This document shows positions 62,477-64,000 of a stretch of DNA of 64,000 bases, one piece after another. Below the pieces are notes generated by a model. It had not been told where the DNA came from, ran no database searches, and worked only from the letters and a program-made list of their open reading frames with translations. The stretch's first letter is position 1; every line of letters starts with the position of its first letter. This DNA comes from Psammoneis japonica (taxonomy: Eukaryota): positions 1-64,000 of the forward strand of contig QPGO01000154.1 of the NCBI GenBank assembly GCA_008632985.1, in the 5' to 3' direction. Position numbers and translations under genes: made by a program.

Positions 62477-64000
62477 ATGCGCTTTTCTGCTGTTCTTGCC
62501 TCTTGTTGGTGGCTGCCGCTGGCGTCGGCTCTCTTTGAGGAAGAAGCCGGCATGTATGACTTTGTCGTTGCAACTGCGGGACACGGAGCCACCAAATACG
62601 TTCATTCGTACGATGATTATTCGATATTGACCTCGGACAGTCCCATCAAGGCCGGTGCTCCGACTTCAGATGATGCAGTCCATACATCCTGCACCGTGGC
62701 GAGTCGAGATGTAGCGACGGGATCGCTCTTGTGGCGTCGTAACGTGTGTTCTACTCAGTCCGATAAAAGCCGTCATGTGACTACAGCTAAGGGTGATTAT
62801 GCCTATACAATGGACCATGCTGGTGTATTGCGTGCTTGGACGATGAACAAGGGCGATCTTGCCTGGGATGCTCCTCCGGATGAGGAGGTTCAACAACCAC
62901 GTCTCTGGGCGGTTGGAAGCATTGTAGCTTCAACCGCCAATCATGAAACGCTTACAGTTCGAGATGATAAATCGGGGAGCTCCTTGGCCACACTCAGTGC
63001 CACGGACGCGTTGAACGAGGCAGAGGTTTCGGGGTCTGGTCAGGCCATGTGGCTTCACGTATTGGAGAACGGTGATAAAGTACAGGCGCTAGTTGGATGG
63101 GTATCACAGGACAAAACGAACAGCCTCACCAGCTCTGGAGGATCCATGGTTCTTGTCGAGATCTTTGTCAAAGACGACGGCGCCTCATTGGGTTCCCCAG
63201 CCAACTCAAACACGCTGACGGTACAATCCTCGTATCATCTCTCGAGATACAACGTGTCGACAATGAGTTACATTGTTTGGCGATTTCAGCTGATCAATCA
63301 CAAATCTTTCAGTTTTCTCTTTCTTCCAGTTTCAGTGAAAGTGTGACCATTTCAAAGCTCAAGCCTTCTTGGACTTCCGTTGAATCAATTCATCCGACGT
63401 TGGAATCGGGAGTTGTTGGTGTTGGGGCGACCGATGCTAACGCTCAAACTTCCGTGGGCCTTTTCCAGTTTGAATCCAGTCGAGGCTGGAACCAGTTATA
63501 CCCTGTACCAGAAGATGCCAGTCTGGAAGTCTCTTCGTATTGTCCATCCATGAAGTTGGGGGTGGCTTTGCAGCGTGACCAAGGCTTATCCGTCATGGCG
63601 TGGCTTTCAGGAAAGACCGTGAACGTCGTTGGAGATTCCTCCTTGGCCATTTCTGATCCGGTCACTTCCTTCACTCTTGTTTCTTGTCAAGAGAAGAAAA
63701 TGACTGCCTTGATCAGTACGGAGCTTGGTACGACAATGCAACTGTCCTTTAAGCCAGCGGGAAGCGACGTGTCTTCTGAAATTGTCTGGATTGCCGAGGA
63801 AGGCTTGTCGCAGGTTTCATCGGCTCTATTGTTGGATGCGAGTCACTCATCATCTATTGCAGATACGCATTCAACGGATGAAGAGCACGAAGTCTTGGCT
63901 GAATTAGATCTATCCTCTCGGTTAACTGCGCAGTGGGAGTCACTCAAAGCCATTGGCGGCGTTCGCATCGGAGCGTCCAAGGAGAATGATTACGCGTTTG
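62477..64000 (+). CDS. EMC1: ER membrane protein complex subunit 1, 5' part; apparent 1-nt frameshift at C-run 63195-63198; runs off the window
   Basis: Signal peptide then ALFEEEAGMYDF, PQQ-like VASRDVATGSLLWRR and LRAW...GDLAWD; downstream WIAEEGLSQV and LSSRLTAQW. Confidence 0.8.

Overview
Eukaryotic, intron-containing nuclear DNA, most likely from a pennate diatom. This is inferred from short GT-AG introns, signal peptide + ASAF-type plastid targeting and diatom-type gene families; the species cannot be determined from sequence alone. Ordinary gene-dense DNA (about 11-24.5 kb and 44.2-64 kb) carries LCB2, BSD, CCT, TAZ, a mitochondrial carrier, an alpha/beta hydrolase, Rad60-SLD, a cyclophilin, TMEM18, ClpS, a CrtI-like desaturase, a fibrillin-like gene, a two-pore K+ channel, an RRM gene and EMC1. 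It alternates with three sharply bounded blocks (about 1-10.85 kb, 24.6-38.2 kb, 41.4-44.1 kb) of decayed transposons, tentatively Plavaka-like and DIRS-like. In these blocks both CpG and TpA are almost eliminated in favour of TpG/CpA. The main finding is this two-way YpR->TG/CA, RIP-like hypermutation, especially its TpA->TpG/CpA arm, which 5mC deamination cannot explain. A SNF2/RAD5-like helicase gene between two blocks appears caught mid-process: conserved Tyr->Cys changes, DESH->DKSH, a TAG->TGG splice acceptor, and near-total TpA loss while CpG persists. Most short Cys/His-rich ORFs in the ORF track are by-products of stop-codon erasure, not genes.
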